Of a DNA stretch of 64,000 nucleotides, positions 41,573-51,102 are shown piece after piece. Position 1 is the stretch's first letter. Each line of letters begins with the position of its first letter. Location: contig CAWDML010000001.1 in NCBI GenBank assembly GCA_963803435.1, positions 1,728,001 through 1,792,000 of the forward strand, written 5' to 3'. Source of the DNA: an uncultured delta proteobacterium. Its GTDB lineage: Bacteria > Myxococcota > Kuafuiibacteriia > Kuafuiibacteriales > Kuafuiibacteriaceae. Made by a program: the position numbers and the translations under genes. Under the pieces are notes generated by a model. The model was not told the origin of the DNA. It saw only the letters and a list, made by a program, of their open reading frames with translations, and ran no database searches.

Positions 41573-43110
41573 AGACACACGTACTCGCAGGGCTCGGTCT
41601 GGCGCTCCTCCTGACCGGCTGCAGCAAGGACAACACCAGCGACGACACCGACGACGGCATGCCGCCCAAAGAGACCGACTGTGCCGACGAGGTCTTCATC
41701 GACGCCAGCTCGATGGACGTCTGGATCTACTACAATCTCGAGACGCAGAAGGTGGTGACGCCGGCGAACCCGGCCGACTCCACCGAGTGGGACCTGGCCT
41801 TCCAGCGCTTCAAGGTGATGTCGAACGGCGGCTCCAGCGGCACGGGCGGCGTCGAGGTGGCGCAGGTCCTCGCGACCGCCTGCAACGACCTGCTCGACGC
41901 TCCCTCGAACGGCTACCTGATCGACGCCGCCGACGGATCGGACGAGGGCGACGTGCCCGACTACGCGATGAGCTTCGGCCCCTCCTCCGAGACGGGACCG
42001 TGGGGCTACGACCCGATGACGCACCAGCTCTTCGACTCGGGCTCGGTCTTCGTGGTGAAGTCGGTCGAGGGCAACTACTTCAAGCTCGACTTCTTCGAGT
42101 ACTACGGTCCGACGGGCGACTCCGCGCAGCTCACGTTCCGGTTCAACACCGTGAAGGCTCCCGAGGAGGTCCTCCCGCCGGGCGTCATCGAGGTCGAGAG
42201 CTCGCTCCGCGGCTACACGTACCTCGACATCACCGACGGCGTGATCACGCCGGCCGATCCCGACACGTCGACCGAGTGGGACGTGGCGGTGAGCGGGCCG
42301 GCCTGGCGCAGCAACGGCGGGCAGGATCGCGCCGGCATCGGCGGCGTTCGCCGCGCCGACAGCGGCGACTTCGACGCGATCACCACGGCGCCCACCATCG
42401 GCTATCGCATCGACGCCGAGATCCCGTATCCGGGGCCTCCGGGCTCCGGGATGTACGTCGGCAACCCGGTGCTGGTGGACTGGTACGACTACGACATGAC
42501 CACCCACCTGGCCACGCCGAAGCCCGACGTCGTGTTCCTCGTCCGCGGCGGCGACGGCAGCTACGGCAAGCTCCAGCTCCTCGAGTACGACGGCATGTCG
42601 CTGACCTATCGGCTGAAGATCGCGCCCGTCACCAAGACCATCACGACCGAGAGCGCGACGATCGACGCCAGCGACGGTGCCGCCTTCACCTACTTCAGCC
42701 TCCGACTGGGTGAGACCGTCGACGTCGACGATCCGAGCACCAGCATGGACTGGGATCTGGGGCTGAGCCGGACGCGGTTCAAGACCAACGGCGGCACCAG
42801 CGGCCCCGGCAACGGCGCCGCCGTCGGTCCGATCGCCCAGCCGCTCGAACAGATCGTCGATCCCACGACCGCCACGTTCGCCGAGGACGCGATGATCGAC
42901 GATCCCGAGGCGCCGGGGACGCAGTTCTCCGGGAACCCGGCGCTGGCCGGCTGGTTCGCGCTGACCGGCACCTCGACCACACCCAAGGATGTCGCGTACG
43001 TGGTGCGGACGGCGGACGGCGGCTACTCCAAGATGAAGGTCACCGCCTGGGCCGACGGCACCTTCTCGATCAATCACGCCTACGCCGGGGCCGGCGCCTC
43101 GTCGTTCTGA
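41569..43110 (+). CDS. HmuY-family lipoprotein with three tandem HmuY-like domains
   Basis: TTG start overlapping the receptor stop; lipobox LLTGC; three units each with WD(L/V)xxxx, (S/T)NGG and G.Y.K (WDLAFQR, WDVAVSG, WDLGLSR). Confidence 0.85.
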   Translation: MKTHVLAGLGLALLLTGCSKDNTSDDTDDGMPPKETDCADEVFIDASSMDVWIYYNLETQKVVTPANPADSTEWDLAFQRFKVMSNGGSSGTGGVEVAQVLATACNDLLDAPSNGYLIDAADGSDEGDVPDYAMSFGPSSETGPWGYDPMTHQLFDSGSVFVVKSVEGNYFKLDFFEYYGPTGDSAQLTFRFNTVKAPEEVLPPGVIEVESSLRGYTYLDITDGVITPADPDTSTEWDVAVSGPAWRSNGGQDRAGIGGVRRADSGDFDAITTAPTIGYRIDAEIPYPGPPGSGMYVGNPVLVDWYDYDMTTHLATPKPDVVFLVRGGDGSYGKLQLLEYDGMSLTYRLKIAPVTKTITTESATIDASDGAAFTYFSLRLGETVDVDDPSTSMDWDLGLSRTRFKTNGGTSGPGNGAAVGPIAQPLEQIVDPTTATFAEDAMIDDPEAPGTQFSGNPALAGWFALTGTSTTPKDVAYVVRTADGGYSKMKVTAWADGTFSINHAYAGAGASSF

Positions 43111-43113
43111 GCC

Positions 43114-44579
43114 TCACCGCGCGCAGCGGAAGCCGATGTGCGCGTTCGTGAAGTCCTCGAGATAGTCGAGCCGGTGCGTGACCTCGAGCTGCGCCTCGGT
43201 GGCGTGGCCGAACGAGCCTCCGCGGACCACCCTCGCCTTCCCGCCGCTCGGGCCCTTCGGATCGACCGCGTTCTTGTGGAGGTACGCGCGCGCGTCGTAC
43301 CAGTCGCTCACCCACTCCATGACGTTGCCGGCCAATCGGCGGCGCCCTCGCTCGACCGGGAGCCGCGGAGGGCGCCCACCGGCGCGGTATAGGCGTGGCC
43401 GTCGTCGAAGCCGTCGATCGAGAGCCACTGCGGCTCGTCCTTCCGCATGGTGGCGTCCGCGAAGTTGCCGGAGCCTGCGGGCGGAGGCCAGACGTCCCCC
43501 CACACGAAGCGGCGGCCGTCCGTCCCGCGCGCCGCCCGCTCCCACTCGGCCTCGGTGGGCAGGCGCTTCTTCACGAACGCGCAGTACGCCGCCGCCTGCT
43601 TCCAGGAGACGCAGTTGATCGGGTGGAGCTCGAGGCCGGGCACGCCGCCGGTACAGAACCGCTTCTTGGCGGGCTCGTCGCACGCACCCGCTGCAACACA
43701 GCTTGCATACGCCTTGGCGGTCACCTCGGTGCGATCGATCTCGAACGCCGACAGCTGCACCTCGTGCTCCGGGCCGTCCCCCCGCTTCTCCCTCGCGTTC
43801 CCCATCCGGAAGGTCCCCGCCGGGATCGCGATCATCTCCGGCTCGGGGGCAGTGCGCGGGGGCCGGCGCTCGACGACCTCCTTCGGCTCCGCGATCGGAA
43901 GCAGCCGGACGCGGAGCGGGTGATCGCACCCGGGCGTGCGCTGGCCCTTCTTCCGGGCCCGCCGGCAGGTGCTCACGCGGCCCAGGTACTGGAGCGGCGC
44001 CGGGTTACTCTTGGACCGGCTCGGCCGCAGGAACCAGTTGCGCTCGCCGGCCACCGTCGGGGTGGGGCCGGCCACCAGCGACGCGCCCCCGAGCTCGATC
44101 GCGACCACCAGGTGGGTCGCCGAGGCGCAGTCCCCCGAGAGCGTGGCGCGGTCCAGCGACAGCGCCTCGGGGGCCTCGAGCCGCCCGACCACCTCCTCGT
44201 CGACCCGGAGCGCGCCGTACTGGTCGAGGGCGCGGGTGAGGCCGCCGGCGTGCAGCGGCAGGCGCTGGAACAGGTCGAGGCCGTCCTGGATCACCGCGCT
44301 CCGTCAATCGGGCGCAGGCGCGTACACGTAGGTGGCGCCGACCCGGCAGTCGGACTCCACGTCGAGCTCGGCCGAGCAGGCGTCGGTCTGATAGCGGACC
44401 GCGACCACGCCCCGTCCCGCCGCGTCGATGACGGTGTTGCGCAGGTCGGGCGCGATCCCGAGGAGCGCAGGGTCGCCCGGCGGCGGACATTCGGTCGCCG
44501 GAGGCTCGTCGACACCCCGGCCGCCCGCGAAGAGCTGGCACCCGGAGAGCACGACCAGGGCGGTCCACCATCCGCGCAC
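43114..44579 (-). pseudogene. Lipoprotein with C-terminal FGE-sulfatase (SUMF1/EgtB/PvdO) domain; in-frame TGA and frameshift as sequenced
   Basis: Lipobox LSGC; TGA at 44304-44306 is in frame with the downstream ORF; GTFRMG, IDRTEVT, RLPTEAEWERAARG; one base missing near 43334 before AGNVMEWVSDWY..RGGSF..IGFRCAR. Confidence 0.8.
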
Positions 44580-44628
44580 GTCACCCCCGCCTTACCGTTC
44601 CTCCGGTTCGAATGCTAATGGAAGCCTC

Positions 44629-45369
44629 ATGCTCGAGGGACGGATCGCGGTCATCACCGGAGGGACCCGGGGGCTCGGCAGGGCGATCGCCGAGCGCCTC
44701 GCCCGGGAGGGCGCGCTCCCGGCCTTGATCTACCGGAGCGATGCCGAGGCGGCCGATGAGGCCGTGGCGGCGCTCCGCTTGCACGCGCCTCGCACCGAGG
44801 CCTTCCGGTGCGACATCGCCGAGCCCACCGAGGTCGCGAGCGCGATCGACGCCGTCCAGGAGACGCTCGGGCCGGTCGAGATCTTGATCAACAACGCGTT
44901 CCGATCGGGACGTCCGCCGGTCAAGACGCACGACCTTTCGCTCGACGCCTGGGACGAGGATCTCCGCACCAACCTGAGCGGGCAGCTCTACATCACCCGC
45001 GCCTGCCTGCCGTCGATGATCGCGCGCGGCTTCGGGCGGATCGTGTTCATCGGCTCCCTCGCGATGCGCGGCGAGCAGGGCCGCGTCGCCTACTCCGTGG
45101 CGAAGCAGGGGCTCGTGGGACTGTCGAGCACGCTCGCACAGGAGTACGCGAAGCACGGCATCACCAGCAACGTGGTGAGCCCCGGGTTCATCGAGACCGG
45201 ATCGTTCATGCGGCTCTCCGAGGAGATCCGGACGCGCGCGCTCGCGATGGTACCGTCGAAGCGGGCCGGCTCCGCGGAGCACGTGGCCGGGCTGATCGCA
45301 CACCTCGTCGGCAAGGACGGCGGGTACACCACCGGACAGGTGATCGCGGTGGACGGAGGCGCGCGGTAG
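44629..45369 (+). CDS. SDR oxidoreductase, FabG-like 3-oxoacyl-ACP reductase
   Basis: TGGTRGLG, ILINNA, YSVAK, VSPGFIET, VDGG. Confidence 0.88.
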   Translation: MLEGRIAVITGGTRGLGRAIAERLAREGALPALIYRSDAEAADEAVAALRLHAPRTEAFRCDIAEPTEVASAIDAVQETLGPVEILINNAFRSGRPPVKTHDLSLDAWDEDLRTNLSGQLYITRACLPSMIARGFGRIVFIGSLAMRGEQGRVAYSVAKQGLVGLSSTLAQEYAKHGITSNVVSPGFIETGSFMRLSEEIRTRALAMVPSKRAGSAEHVAGLIAHLVGKDGGYTTGQVIAVDGGAR

Positions 45370-45370
45370 C

Positions 45371-46417
45371 TCAGCCGTGCGACTTGTAGAGGATCGCGGT
45401 CTCGTCCTCTTCCTCGACGGCAGGCGCGCGGTTCGGCGGCGCCATCATCGCGGTGGCCCGGCCCACCGCCTCCTTGTACTCGGCCAGGATCTGGTCGAAC
45501 AGCTCGCGGACCGAGATCACGTCCTCGACCATCGAGGCGCCGGCGCCGGCGTAGAACAGGCCCTCCTGCAGGTTGCCCTCGTGGGCGGCCTTCTTGGCGC
45601 GACCGCGTCCGATGTACGCCCGGATCGCGTCATTGGGCTCGTTGGTCTGCTCCATCTCGAGGACCTTCTCGGTGACCGGCGACTTGAGCGCACGGCTGGG
45701 ATGGAACTTCTTCGAGAAGACGGGGACGTCCGTCTCGCCCGCCTCGAGCAGGAGCTTCTGGTAGATGCGGGGCGCATTGCTCTCGCGGGTGGCGAGGAAG
45801 CGCGTGCCCATCTGGATACCGTCGGCGCCCAGCGCGATCGCGGCCGCCATGCCGTAGCCGTCGACGATGCCCCCGGCGGCGATCAGCGGGACATCGACGT
45901 TCCGCGCGACGTTGGGGATGTTCGTGATCGCCGTGATGCCCTCGGGAGAGACGTGCCCGCCGGCCTCATGGCTCTCCAAGACGATGGCGTCGACGCCGCA
46001 GGCGATCGCGCGCTGGGCCAGCTTCAGGTTGGGGACCACGTGGACGCAGATGGCGCCCGCCTGCTTGATCCGCGGCGTCAGCAGCTTCGGCGAGCCGGCG
46101 GACATGAAGACGATCTGGACCCCGTGGGCCAGGCACATCTCCAGGTGGGCGGCGTAGTCGCCGAGCACCAGCGGGAAGTTCACCGCGAACGGTCGATCCG
46201 TGAGCTCGCGGGCGCGCACGACCTGGACCTCGAACTCCTCGACGCTCATGACGGACGCGCCGAGCACCCCGAGACCGCCCTCGTTCGAGACCGACGCCAC
46301 CAGCTCCGCCTCCGAGAGCCAGGCCATCGCGCCCTGGATGATCGGGTAGTCGATCCCGAGCAACCGCGTGATCGCCGTGTCGAAGGAGGGCCGCTTGGCA
46401 AAGTGGACGACGCTCAT
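45371..46417 (-). CDS. Nitronate monooxygenase / FabK-like flavin enoyl-ACP reductase
   Basis: YPIIQGAMAW, GGLG, EAGGH, IAAGGIVDG, GIQMGTRF. Confidence 0.88.
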   Translation of the reverse strand: MSVVHFAKRPSFDTAITRLLGIDYPIIQGAMAWLSEAELVASVSNEGGLGVLGASVMSVEEFEVQVVRARELTDRPFAVNFPLVLGDYAAHLEMCLAHGVQIVFMSAGSPKLLTPRIKQAGAICVHVVPNLKLAQRAIACGVDAIVLESHEAGGHVSPEGITAITNIPNVARNVDVPLIAAGGIVDGYGMAAAIALGADGIQMGTRFLATRESNAPRIYQKLLLEAGETDVPVFSKKFHPSRALKSPVTEKVLEMEQTNEPNDAIRAYIGRGRAKKAAHEGNLQEGLFYAGAGASMVEDVISVRELFDQILAEYKEAVGRATAMMAPPNRAPAVEEEDETAILYKSHG

Positions 46418-46432
46418 GAACTCACCCGTTAC

Positions 46433-47428
46433 CTACCATCGGATCAGATGGGCACCCCACGTCATCCCCGCGCCGATGGCGAGGAAGACGATCAGATCGT
46501 TCGGCTTGACGTGTCCGAGCCGCACCGACTCATCGAGCGTGATGAAAGCGCTGGCCGCCACCGTGTTCGCGTACTTCTCGATATTCGTGAAGGTCTTGGA
46601 CAGCGGCACACCGGTCCGCTCGAGGATGTGATAGAGGAGCCGCTTGTTCGCCTGGTGCGCAACCACGAAGTCGACGTCCTCCAGTCGATAGCCTCCTGCT
46701 TCCACCACCTCGTGGATCACCTTCGGCAGCACGTCGACGGCACAGTCCCAGACCGCGCGGCCCTTCATCTCGAGCTTCACGCTTCCGTTGGTGATCGCTT
46801 CAGGCGTGTACCAGGTCTTGGTCCCGCCGATGTACTGACCCACGAGCCCGGTCAGCGATCCGTCCGTCTTCAGGCGGCTCTCGAGGAATCCGCGGTGGCC
46901 GTCGGGTGACTTCGCCACCACCACCGCGCCCGCGCCATCGCCGAAGATGGGTGCGGTGGTCCGATCGCGCCAGTCGAGCGTCGTGCGGCTCACGATCTGT
47001 GTCCCGATCACCAGGATCTGGCGCGCCATCCCCGACTCGATCAGGCCGCGCGCCAGCATCGTGCCGCCGACCGCGCCGGCGCAGGCCATCTTGATGTCGA
47101 ACGCGAAACACTGGGTGTGCGCGATCCCGAGCTTCTCTTGAATGTAACAAGCCGTCGCCGGCACCGGGACGTCGCCCGTACCGACCGAGCAGATGATCCC
47201 GTCGATCGTGTCGCGATCGATCTGGGCCGCCTCGATCGCACGGAGGGCGGCGTGGACGGCGAGATCACTCGCCTGTTCGTCGGGCGCGGCGATCCTGCGC
47301 TCGTGAATCCCGAGCTTCTCGACGATGAAACCTTCTTCACAGCCGGGCGCGTTCCGGCAGACCTCCGCGTTCGTCATCACGCGCTCCGGTAGATAGGCCC
47401 CGGTTCCGGAGATATACGCGCGCGGCAT
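46433..47428 (-). CDS. fabH: 3-oxoacyl-ACP synthase III (FabH family)
   Basis: Catalytic Cys-His-Asn motifs MACAG, HQAN, YANT; FGDGAGA; GAGMTWG. Confidence 0.9.
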   Translation of the reverse strand: MPRAYISGTGAYLPERVMTNAEVCRNAPGCEEGFIVEKLGIHERRIAAPDEQASDLAVHAALRAIEAAQIDRDTIDGIICSVGTGDVPVPATACYIQEKLGIAHTQCFAFDIKMACAGAVGGTMLARGLIESGMARQILVIGTQIVSRTTLDWRDRTTAPIFGDGAGAVVVAKSPDGHRGFLESRLKTDGSLTGLVGQYIGGTKTWYTPEAITNGSVKLEMKGRAVWDCAVDVLPKVIHEVVEAGGYRLEDVDFVVAHQANKRLLYHILERTGVPLSKTFTNIEKYANTVAASAFITLDESVRLGHVKPNDLIVFLAIGAGMTWGAHLIRW

Positions 47429-47516
47429 GCCTTCTCACGCTAAGGATTCGCGCCCTGGGAGGCTACTGGACGTGTGATGGACGGGACTTAGCCGCATGGG
47501 ACATCGAGAGCCCAGG

Positions 47517-47876
47517 TCACCGCCGGCGAGTAATCTCGACGCGTACAGTTCGCGCGCCCACCACCGCGCCGGGCTTCTCGACGCGCACAGTCACCTGACC
47601 GATGCGCGGATCGAGCTCGACCACGCCGCGGGCGATCTCCTCCGCCACCGACTCGATCAGGTCGTGGTGCCGAGTGCGAACCACTTCCCGACAAATCTCC
47701 GCCACCTGGTCGTAGTCGACGGTGGCCTCGAGGACGTCGACCGCCGCCGCCTGGCGCAGCCCCGCCACCTCCATCTCCACGTCGACCACGAGGCGCTGAT
47801 CGACGCCTTTTTCGTGGGGATAGACGCCTACGCCCCCCACCAGCTCCAGCCCCAAAACTGCGATACGGTCGTTCAT
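47517..47876 (-). CDS. folB: Dihydroneopterin aldolase
   Basis: DRI..GVYPHE..QRLVVDV, TVDY, LIESVAE, VEKPGA. Confidence 0.9.
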   Translation of the reverse strand: MNDRIAVLGLELVGGVGVYPHEKGVDQRLVVDVEMEVAGLRQAAAVDVLEATVDYDQVAEICREVVRTRHHDLIESVAEEIARGVVELDPRIGQVTVRVEKPGAVVGARTVRVEITRRR

Positions 47877-47929
47877 TGCCCCACCCGTACGTACTGGGCC
47901 CTACATATGCGGAATCATTGAAGTTTCCC

Positions 47930-47956
47930 GCAACTGTAACCGGCCGGCCGCGATAA
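47930..47956 (+). promoter_or_regulatory. Candidate sigma28-type promoter
   Basis: GCAAC-N14-CGCGATAA, then RBS AGGAGG and ATG at 47982. Confidence 0.55.
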
Positions 47957-47981
47957 TGAGAGTCCTCAGGAGGGATCCACC

Positions 47982-50900
47982 ATGGCTGGGGAAACCGGAC
48001 TCACCCGTCAGACCGTTCGTCAAACCATCATCTCCAATCCGCAGGCGGCGGCCGAGCTGTATGCCCTCATCGCCGCGGAGCGTTCCACGACTGTCCAGAC
48101 GAAGTCTCTCGGGCAGTTCGAGGTGGACGGCCGGCGCCACGGGGTCTCCTACGAGAACCTCGACAGCCGAGACGTCGGCGCGCGGATGGCCGGCGACATC
48201 GAGATGGTCCCTGGGAACGTCTACACGATCGACGCCGGCGGTGAGATCGACAAGGGCGACCGCTACGTCGGGCCCGAGGATCGCCAGCTCAACCGCAGCG
48301 GGTCCCGCCTCCAGGTCGCCGTGGTCGACGAGAACGGTCGCGTCATCGACCGCCAGAACTACCGGCCCGGGATGCGAATCTCCACCGATCGCGAGGGCGC
48401 GCGCCTCGGCTTCGTCTTCGCCGACGGCGACCTGACCGACAACTCCGGTCGCTTCAACGTGAACGTTCGAGAGACCTCCACAATCGACGCGTCGACCGAC
48501 ATCTCGGTCCTCGCCACCGACGCCGACCGCATCGACCGCATCGCGAGGAGCGGCGTCGACTTCGACTCGGCGCCCGAGGCTGCCTTCCTCCCCAATCCCG
48601 ACGTTCGCCTCTCGCGCCCCTCCGCCAATCGCGGCCTCCAGGTCGACCGCGGCGACAACGCGGTCGAGACCACCGACGGCTATCGCTTCGAGTTCCGCGA
48701 CAACGAGGTCCGCATCGACTGGCCGGGACGCCACGACGACGGCGTCGCCGAGACCCGGATCCGCGGTCGCGACGTCCTCGAGGGCGACGGCACCACCTGG
48801 CAGGCCGAGGACGGCAACTACGTGCTCCCGAACGGCGCCATGTTCACGCTCGGGTACGACGACGACGGCAACATCAACAAGTTCACGCTGGTGCATGGCG
48901 ACAGCCGCGTCGACGTGGCCGGCATCGGCGAGGGCAATCCGCGGATCGGACGCGTGCGCGAGGGCGGCCTCGAGTACCGGCGCCGCGCGGTCGAGGACAA
49001 CTTCCAGGGCAGCACCTACCGGATGGGCGGGCGCAACGACGGCTGGTCGGACCTCGACATCAGCTGGAACCTCGAGCGCGGCGGCCAGAACGTCGGCCGG
49101 CTCGAGGACGACAACTGGATCCTGCGTGGCGCGCCCTACGAGGTGGACCCGCAGCTGAAGCCGACGTTCGGCACCCAGGACTACGAGCGCATGCTCCGCT
49201 CCGAGATCGAAGACGTGCGCTCCGCGCTCTCCGGCAACGCCCAGGCGCTCGGCGCCGAGCGGGACGTGGGGCGGCTGCTCGCCGACCACATCCTGGGATC
49301 CAGCGGTACCTACGATCAGTACGCCCAGGCGATGCAGGCCAGCGCCGACGCGCGCGATCCGTCGGGCTACTTCCAGCAGATGCTGGAGCAGATGTGGCTT
49401 CAGCAGATGCTCGGCGGCATCCCGGAATACTACGGCAACTTCGACAACGCGATGGGCGCGCTCCAGATGCTCCAGCAGCTGCTCGCCGCCCAGGCGGGGA
49501 TGCAGAACGAGTTCAGCGCCGCCCAGAACCCGGTGCAGACGTTCATCCCGGCGTACCAGCAGCAGGTCGACGCGGCCGCCCTGGTGGATCAGGTCCTCCG
49601 CGGCCTGGGTGAGCGGAGGAGCCGGAGCCCGCAGCGCAATCGGCTCGATCGCTTCGACGTGGGTCGGGATCGCCGGGCCCGCGGCACGTTCGACCACGAT
49701 CCGCGGGCGGCCCTGCTCCGCAACCGGATCAACCAGCAGGACTCGCGGCTGTCGAACCCGCGGGAGACCGTCGATCGCTTGAAGGACAAGCTCTCGTACG
49801 GCGTCTTCGACTGGGCGGTGACGGACGGTGAGGCGCACGACGTGATCTCCGAGCTGTCCCGAATGAACGATCGCGATCTGAGCGAGGTCGCCGAGCACCT
49901 CGGCCCCGACATGATCGATCGGCTGCTCGACAACCTCACCGACGAAGACAAGACGACGTTCCGGTCCACGCTCGATCGGCTGCGGGAGGTCCGCAACCTG
50001 CCGCGCACGACGCTCAGGGGCGCTGGCGAGAGCCCCGACGGCGTGGCCAGCGAGCTCACCGACACGCTGTCCTACGGCGCGTTCGACTGGGCGGTCACCG
50101 ACGGCGACGCGCGGAGCGTGATCGATCGGCTCAGCAAGTACGGTGAGGCCGACCTGGCGAAGATCATCGATCAGATGGGCCCCGACATGGTGACCCGCCT
50201 GCTCGACAACCTGAGCGACGCCGACAAGACGCAGTACCAGAGTACCGTCGATCGACTGACCGCGGCCCGGAACGATCGTCGCGAGAGCGTCACCGACATG
50301 CGCGGCACAGTCGACGAGCTCAAGGACAAGATGTCGTACGGCGCCTTCGACTGGGCGATCACGGACGGCGAGGCGCGGGAGACCATCGACCGGCTCAGCA
50401 AGATGGGGGCGCAAGATCTCCGTCAGGCCGTCGAACACATGGGCCCGGAGGCCCTGACGCGCCTGGAGGAGAACCTCAGCGACGCCGACAAGGAGACCTT
50501 CGCGCCGACGCTGCGCCGGATCCACGAGCTGCGGAACGCTCCGCGCTCGGAGCTGCGCGATCCGAACGAGGTGGCGGATCAGCTGAAGGACAAGCTGTCG
50601 TACGGCGTCTTCGACTGGGCGGTGACCGACGGCGAGGCCCGCGACGTCCTCGATCAGCTCAGCCGCTACGACCAGCGCGATCTGTCGAAGATCTTGGATC
50701 GGCTGGGACCGGACATGACGTCCCGCCTCCTCGACAACGTGACGGACGCGGACCGCAGGATCTACGGGGACACGATCGACCGTCTCAATGCGGCGCGCAA
50801 CCAGCCGCGCGAGCCCCTGGAGAACGCGCGGCAGGTGGTCTCGGACATCGAGAGCAAGCTCTCCTACGGCGCCTTCGACTGGGCCGTGACGGACGAAGAG

Positions 50901-51065
50901 GCCCGCGCGGTCGTGAGCCAGCTCTCGCGCTACGACCTCGGTGACCTGCGGCGGGTCGTCTCGATGATCGATCCGGATCTCCTGAACCGGATCGAGCCCA
51001 ATCTGACCGACGCGGACCGCCAGGCCTACGGAGCGACCCTGGATCGAATTCGACGCGTCCGATGA
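47982..51065 (+). CDS. Large multidomain probable T3SS substrate: LecA-like and DUF1521-like domains plus five ~88-aa helical repeats
   Basis: 1027 aa, no Sec signal; DNSGRFNVNV (PA-IL-like); TRIRGRDVLEGDG..NYVLPNGAMFT; five (L/M)SYG(V/A)FDWA(V/I)TD repeats; a chaperone gene follows. Confidence 0.7.
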   Translation: MAGETGLTRQTVRQTIISNPQAAAELYALIAAERSTTVQTKSLGQFEVDGRRHGVSYENLDSRDVGARMAGDIEMVPGNVYTIDAGGEIDKGDRYVGPEDRQLNRSGSRLQVAVVDENGRVIDRQNYRPGMRISTDREGARLGFVFADGDLTDNSGRFNVNVRETSTIDASTDISVLATDADRIDRIARSGVDFDSAPEAAFLPNPDVRLSRPSANRGLQVDRGDNAVETTDGYRFEFRDNEVRIDWPGRHDDGVAETRIRGRDVLEGDGTTWQAEDGNYVLPNGAMFTLGYDDDGNINKFTLVHGDSRVDVAGIGEGNPRIGRVREGGLEYRRRAVEDNFQGSTYRMGGRNDGWSDLDISWNLERGGQNVGRLEDDNWILRGAPYEVDPQLKPTFGTQDYERMLRSEIEDVRSALSGNAQALGAERDVGRLLADHILGSSGTYDQYAQAMQASADARDPSGYFQQMLEQMWLQQMLGGIPEYYGNFDNAMGALQMLQQLLAAQAGMQNEFSAAQNPVQTFIPAYQQQVDAAALVDQVLRGLGERRSRSPQRNRLDRFDVGRDRRARGTFDHDPRAALLRNRINQQDSRLSNPRETVDRLKDKLSYGVFDWAVTDGEAHDVISELSRMNDRDLSEVAEHLGPDMIDRLLDNLTDEDKTTFRSTLDRLREVRNLPRTTLRGAGESPDGVASELTDTLSYGAFDWAVTDGDARSVIDRLSKYGEADLAKIIDQMGPDMVTRLLDNLSDADKTQYQSTVDRLTAARNDRRESVTDMRGTVDELKDKMSYGAFDWAITDGEARETIDRLSKMGAQDLRQAVEHMGPEALTRLEENLSDADKETFAPTLRRIHELRNAPRSELRDPNEVADQLKDKLSYGVFDWAVTDGEARDVLDQLSRYDQRDLSKILDRLGPDMTSRLLDNVTDADRRIYGDTIDRLNAARNQPREPLENARQVVSDIESKLSYGAFDWAVTDEEARAVVSQLSRYDLGDLRRVVSMIDPDLLNRIEPNLTDADRQAYGATLDRIRRVR
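49760..51062 (+). repeat. Five intragenic repeats of 264-276 bp
   Basis: (L/M)SYGxFDWAxTD motifs begin at about 49791, 50067, 50331, 50595 and 50859. Confidence 0.9.
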
Positions 51066-51102
51066 GGATGCGATAGGATTCGCCCCAGCGGTTGGGGCCC
51101 CC

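Noticed and set aside
44304-44306. Selenocysteine UGA
   Set aside because: No redox-motif context or evident SECIS, and the same gene has a separate frameshift; error or decay is simpler.
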